From: Azolla caroliniana
Taxonomy: Eukaryota > Plantae > Polypodiophyta
DNA: 13,058 nucleotides
Assembly (NCBI GenBank): GCA_043228905.1
Contig: JBHGNT010001001.1
Location: 1-13,058, forward strand
Direction: 5' to 3'
The position numbers and the translations under genes were made by a program. The notes beneath the pieces are model-generated. The model was not told the origin of the DNA. It ran no database searches and saw only the letters and a list, made by a program, of their open reading frames with translations. Shown in pieces: positions 8,148 through 13,058 of this stretch; positions within the stretch are counted from its first letter, which is position 1, and each line of letters begins with the position of its first letter.

Positions 8148-11029
8148 CAATCGAAGAAGCGGCCAGGGCAATGCATTGAAAAGAAGCATATGCCGAAGTT
8201 TTACTGGGCTGAAGCCGTAAAGATGGATGTTTACTTATAGAATCAGACCTCTGCTAATGGAGAAGTGTCGCCACATGAGTTGTATTACGGCAAGAAGCCA
8301 AACTTGGCACACTTGAGGGTTTTCGGCAGCATCGCGTACGTGCATGTGCCGAAGGAGAAACGGAGGAAGCTGAACGCCAAAGCTGAAAAGTGCATCTTAG
8401 TCGGCTATTCATACGAAAAAAAGGGGTATAAGTGTTATAACCCCGAACGAAGGAAGTTTGTGTAAGCCAAGATGTCCGCTTTATGGTACTTGCCTTCGCT
8501 TCCAATCCCTAATGACTCCATTCCGAATTCTAAAGAAGAGGTTAGCGAGGACAAGTTCCCTCTGCGTGATGAGGAAATCAGAGCTCTGACAGAGAGTCTA
8601 ATCTCATTTTGGCTAAGCGGGCCGAATGAGGGGTTGAGCCGAGATGGCCAACGAAATGAAGAGCCGACGAGTAGTGGAGACTCGATCGTGTTGTCCCCGC
8701 GTAAAGAACCGAGGAGACGGTTTACGCGTAAAGAAAAGGGAAGAAGAAAATGTCGGAATACGATTTCGGTAGTGCTGAGTCAAATCAGAGTGAGTCTAAT
8801 TTTGGGCCAATTGAAAAGGAATCTCCACGGAAGAAGTCGAAACCAGCCGAAAAGGCCGTGAAATCGGGTAATCACGAATTACGCCGATCTACACGCTTGA
8901 AGAACCCCGTAAAGAGGTATGGGTAAAATGAATACATGGTGCACCATTACACATACATGACACGAGTGGCGGAAGTGCGTGAGCTGGAGAGCTACGTAGA
9001 AGTGGCGAAAGACGCAAATTGGCGTGTCGCAATGGAGGAAGAGATGCGTGCTTTAACGGACAATGAGACTTGGGACCTGGTTGACGTACCGAAGGGTGTA
9101 AAGCCAATCGGATGTAGATGGGTGTATAAGGTGAAATAAAACACCGACGGCTCCGTCAACCGATATAAGGCCTGTTTGGTTGCAAAAGGCTATGCGCAGA
9201 AGCACGGCATAGATTACGACGAGACCTTTGCACTAGTCGTGAAGATGACTACCATGTGAGTTCTGTTAGCCATAGCTATGGCGAAGGGGTGGCAAGGTGA
9301 TCTTGAGGACCATGTGTACATGGTACAGCCCCCCGATTTTCTATCCGAACAGAACACCTCGGCAGTCTGTCGATTGAAGAAGATGTTATACGAACTTAAG
9401 CAAGCCCCACGAGCTTGGAACACGAAGATTACGTAACAGTTGCGTAGAATGGGGTTTACGACGTCCAAGTCAACCTCTTCATTATTTGTTCAGCAAGGTA
9501 AACATGGACCGGTTAGCCTTTTACTTTATGTTGATGATTTAGTCATCGCCGGTGCTGACCTGGAAGAAATCAGTCGTGTTAAGTCTCAGCTCGCGACATC
9601 TTTCGAAATGAAGGACCTTGGAGACCTTCATTACTTCCTCGGGATCGAAGTGATCCATTCCCCCGAAAGAATATTGATCAGTCAGCATCATTACGCCCTG
9701 AATATTCCCTTCAAGTTCGGGATGATAGATTGTAAGCGCATCTCAACCCCTCTGGAAAGAAACGAAAAGCTTCGCCGAGATTCGAGAAAGGCGTGTGACC
9801 CGACACGGTTTCGACATATTGTCGGAAGCCTCATCTACTTGACGATCACTCGGTTGGACCTTAGCTATCCGGTCGGAATGATTAGTCAATACATGTCGCA
9901 ACCCACGACCGAGTACCTTCAATGTGCACAAAAAATATTACGGTATGTCAGCGGCACGAAAGACATGGCATTGTTGTATCATACAGGCATAGTCGAACAG
10001 CTAGTTGGCTACATGGATGCCGATTGGGCTGAAAATGCCCATGATCGTTGATCCACATCCAAATACGCATTCTCATTGGGAAGTGTGGTGATCGTGTGGA
10101 GCAATAAGGAGCAGCCGACAGCAGCGTTGTCAAGCACGGAGGCCGGCTATCGAGGGGCAATTGTCGCTACGTGCGAAGTCATCTGGCTGAAACAGCTATT
10201 ACGGGATCTGCATGTGGAGGTGTCTGATCCAACGATGATCTATTGCGACAACCTCAGCAGCATCCACCTTGCGAAGAACCCTGTGTTCCATGCCCGGACC
10301 AAGCACATTGAGGTCCATTATCATTTCATCCGCGAGCATGTCCTTTCTGGTGAAGTTGAACTAGCGTATGTTCTAATGGCCCGGTAGATTGCGGACATCT
10401 TCACCAAGCCCCTTGATCTCGACAAGTTACGGCATTTCTCGGATGAGTTGGGTTTGTGTCATCTCGACACGCCAAACGTGAGGGGGAGACAGGAACAGGA
10501 ACAAGTGCATGAAAGGAGCGACAGTGACCGCGATGCCGAATCGGATGAAGAATCTGATTTCAGGCCGGCTAAAGAAGCCGAAGAAGAAGAAAACAGGGAT
10601 CGTAATCGCAAGGAAGAGCTGAAGACAGCCGAACAAAAGGGAAATACAGCCAAGAAGGGCGTAAAGGCCAAGACCAAGACGTGGTCTGATGTTGTCAAGG
10701 GCCTAAAGACAGAAGATGAATTGGAGACAACCAATTCATGCGAAAGTGGAATTGAATTGGAAGTGTCTGATTTAATCGAAATGTTCAATTCAGACATTAC
10801 GAATCGACTGAGGGTCAAGTGGAGGAAAGGGCAACGAAAGAGGCGCCAACACCGCGACAACAAGGGAGCTGAGAAGGGCCACATGAGTAGACAAGCCGAC
10901 CGGAAGGGTCGAAGCGCGCGGAATCGAATAGGTCGAGGAGCGCGAGCGAGGCGTGAAGCCAGGAGAGGCCAAAGCGAAGATCCGGAAAAGCATATGGAAC
11001 CTCAAGTTGACCTTGAGGGGGAGTGTTGA
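8148..11029 (+). pseudogene. pol: pol pseudogene of element B (integrase C-terminus, RT, RNase H, charged extension)
   Basis: HLRVFGSIAYVHVP, PIGCRWVYKVK, LYVDDLV, YMDADWA, YCDNLSSIHLAKNPVFHARTKHIEVHYHF. Many stops (e.g. 9137, 10049, 10385), frameshifts and an RT deletion. Confidence 0.9.
11015..11023 (+). other. Polypurine tract of element B
   Basis: GAGGGGGAG directly followed by TGTTGAG. Confidence 0.9.
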
Positions 11030-11434
11030 GAGACAAGCTCAACATTGGGTGCGTAACCCAGTACGTAGACTGGGTGCGTAAAATCATACGCAAAATATGG
11101 TCGTGACGGTGTTTAAACCGAGAGGCCATTAGAACGTTATTCTTCGTAAGAAATAGTTTTGGGAGTTAGTGTAGAAGGCTCATATATGAGCGATCAAGTA
11201 TTGTCAGTACTTGTGTTAGCCCAATAGTCGGGGCTTGTATAAAAGGTGCTCACTGAGCACAAAATATGTACAGAGAACATACAAAGATCTATTTTCGAAT
11301 ATAGTTTGGTATTTCTGCTCTCTCTGTCTCTCCCTCTCTTTCTCTGTGATCTCTACATTTTATGTAACTATCTTACTTCCGAACCGTGTACTTCCGTGTC
11401 TTTCGCATACGCTTCTGCACATGTATTCTTTACA
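11024..11434 (+). repeat. 3' LTR of element B (411 bp)
   Basis: TGTTGAG..CTTTACA ends, TATAAAA at 11238-11244, CT-rich tract. Integrase coding sequence of X begins right after 11434. The partner LTR is not in the window. Confidence 0.8.
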
Positions 11435-11596
11435 AATACCTTGGGCCTTGCAGTATTCCTCAAAATACCCTCTATATTCGCCACCGTTGTCGGTTCAGAC
11501 AGCCTTCAACTTCCGACCCGACTCTCGTTCAGCACTTGCCTGGAACTCCTTGAAGAACAACAGTACTTGATCCTTCGACTTTAGTACAAAGGCCCA
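11435..11596 (-). pseudogene. Element X: integrase fragment of an older copia related to A
   Basis: Minus strand reads WAFVLK/SKDQVLLFFKEFQASAERESGRKLKAV*TDNGGEYRGYFEEYCKAQGI. Aligns with A: WTAPLKTKDQVLCVFKELHARVERESGKKLKAIRADNGGEYRGQFAEYCRSKGI. Confidence 0.9.
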
Positions 11597-12031
11597 TGTC
11601 TTCCGAGAACACGGTCTTCGGTCAGTCCTTCGACCTAGACCTCCAAGTGATTGTGGAACAACGAATGGGGCGTCTATACGTAATGCGTAGGGGAATGTTC
11701 CCCGTAACCTATCAGCGTATAAGGGAGACGGCTACAACCGACTCCTTAGCAATGGTTACACTTACGTTCTTACACGCTCAGGTATTCCAGACATACGGTA
11801 GATTAGCCATAGCTATACACATACTTTCAGAAAAGATAGAATTCTATTATGATACGCTTCTTTACATTCCAAAAATACATGCTCCCTCTATCATAGGTTT
11901 TCTTCCCTTTATATACGCAGGGTCTATTTAGCCATTCACGCTTCCTACGTGAACCGTTACATGCGTTATGATCTTATATTATTTCTTATTCCTACGCTCT
12001 TGTCCGTCGGTTACTATTCCGGCGGACAACA
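11597..12031 (+). repeat. 5' LTR of C2 (435 bp)
   Basis: TGTCTTCCG..CGGACAACA ends. Starts exactly where the X integrase breaks off. Motif-level homology to 7695-8147. Confidence 0.75.
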
Positions 12032-12033
12032 CC

Positions 12034-12050
12034 TGGCATGCCTGTGGGAC
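12034..12050 (+). other. PBS-like site of C2 (tRNA-Arg type)
   Basis: ..CAACA-CC-TGGCATGCCTGTGGGAC, with the same 2-nt spacer and length as in C1. Confidence 0.68.
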
Positions 12051-12078
12051 AGTGCCCTGGCACGTCGGACCCATCCCG

Positions 12079-13056
12079 TTAATCTTCTTCCAAAATGGCC
12101 CGGATGTTTGGCTCTACTGCGGTGTCCGCGTCCGGAGGCGACGTAGGGCCCGTAGGTGCATCGTGGTGTGGCTTCCCTGTTTGGTCGGAATGGTTTCTCC
12201 CGGTGTCGCAGTCGTCGTGTGTGGGCGGTCCGGGTATGGTGGGCTCTTCTTGAGCTAGTGGGTTGGGCTCCGTCGTCGTCGTGCTTGCGATCGGCCGCGG
12301 CTCTATCTCAATCGTTACTTCCTCCGTGGTGTCGGCCATCTTTGTACGTTCCGGGGAGTGGGGTTGTGATTCTGCCTGGCCCGCACCGTTCTTCGTGTGG
12401 TCCGACAATAACGTGGGCTCGTGCGGATGAAGCTCCTCTTGGGCAGCGGTTTCGTTGTTAGGTACTATGGGGGACTCCACTCTTCGGTCCGCGCTGTTCA
12501 CCGTCATTGTAATTTCTGGTGATCTGGCCTGAGGTTCCTCTTCTTCGTCTGTGCCCGGAATTGGCGTCGCGTTGGATTCCTCATTTGTTCGCGTGTTGCT
12601 GGCTTGTGTGATCTGGTGAAATAGCTCCTCCTGGCTTTCACCAAAATCATCTAAGAGTTGCGCGAGTTCTTCGGAATGTTGGTCCGCTAGAGCACGATAG
12701 TCTTGCGCTAGGTCCTCGTGTACAGCCGCAATGCTCTCCTCGTTTAGTTTATAGAAACCTCGGTCGTCTTTTCGCCGGTTCTCCCAGTCCACACAATACG
12801 CGTGCAATTCCACTGCTTGGGTTGCCCACGCCATCCATCCTTTGTCCAGTGCCGTTTTCAATTGCGCTGTGAACCTCTCCCAATTTGTTTGGAGAAGGAT
12901 ACGCACGTTGTCTGTGATGGCCTGGCAACGGTTGCGTGCGTCCTCCATCGACTTCTAGAGGTTTGTAATTTCTTGTTGTCTAACCGTCGCCGCGTCTTCG
13001 TACGTGGCCTTCAGGCCCACCCACAGCTGGGATTCCTTTGCATGTTGTTCTTCTAA
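12079..13056 (-). CDS. Coiled-coil protein with acidic Pro/Thr/Glu-rich tail (unknown family), 3' part; antisense to the PBS of C2
   Basis: 289-codon open frame 12948-12079. Homology to C1 continues upstream past one TAG (12957-12955) as LEEQHAKESQLWVGLKATYEDAA, so the true start lies outside the window. Confidence 0.8.
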
Positions 13057-13058
13057 TT

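Larger units (their letters stand above)
8148..11434 (+). mobile_element. Element B: 3' half of a degenerate Ty1/copia element of a different family from A
   Basis: Begins mid-integrase (IEEAARAM..MPKFYWAEAV), then RT, RNase H, PPT and 3' LTR. Confidence 0.92.
11597..13058 (+). mobile_element. Element C2: 5' part of a second, diverged Tat-like element; continues beyond the right edge
   Basis: LTR, PBS-like site and antisense ORF, all homologous to C1 in inverted orientation. Confidence 0.72.

Noticed and set aside
10459-10884. 141-aa minus-strand ORF
   Set aside because: Ser/Leu/Phe-rich antisense shadow of the purine-rich Pol extension.
11667-11678. GGGGCGTCTATA shared with the reverse complement of 414-425
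   Set aside because: An isolated 12-mer with no flanking similarity, and absent from the C1 LTR. Probably chance.
12021-12078. Self-cleaving ribozyme (HDV-like, hammerhead or twister) in the conserved GC-rich block
   Set aside because: Core motifs were not found by eye, and the LTR end plus PBS explains most of the conservation. An Infernal search would settle it.
12079-12948. env-like gene or host gene
   Set aside because: No hydrophobic transmembrane stretch in the visible part. Both copies are tied to the same LTR/PBS context, with no introns seen.
1-13058. CRISPR array, rRNA or prokaryotic operon
   Set aside because: No regularly spaced repeats or such genes. All sequence is explained by plant-type retroelements.

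Overview
Plant-type repetitive DNA with no host gene: the window is a five-level nest of LTR retrotransposons. (A) A young, full-length Ty1/copia element (551-5870, minus strand) has 604-bp LTRs differing at 2 positions, TSD CCTTA, a tRNA-iMet PBS and a PPT. Its gag-pol carries two frame breaks and one stop. (D) A sits inside a non-coding solo-LTR-like element (103-6455; 12-bp terminal inverted repeat, 4-bp TSD ACGT) that contains a tRNA-like Pol III A/B-box unit, and A landed right after the B box. (C1) D interrupts a long coiled-coil ORF of a Tat-like Ty3/gypsy-type element (5' LTR 7695-8147, minus strand). (B) C1 interrupts the integrase of a degenerate second copia (8148-11434, plus strand) with a duplicated PPT and an in-frame C-terminal Pol extension. 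(X) B, and a diverged relative of C1 (C2, 11597 to window end), are both inserted in the integrase of an older copia, of which 162 bp is visible. The most unusual signal is in C1 and C2: directly behind the 5' LTR and PBS, where gag is expected, lies the 3' end of a long ORF of unrecognised family that runs antisense to the PBS and shows purifying selection between the two copies. All comparisons were made by eye; lineage names are inference.
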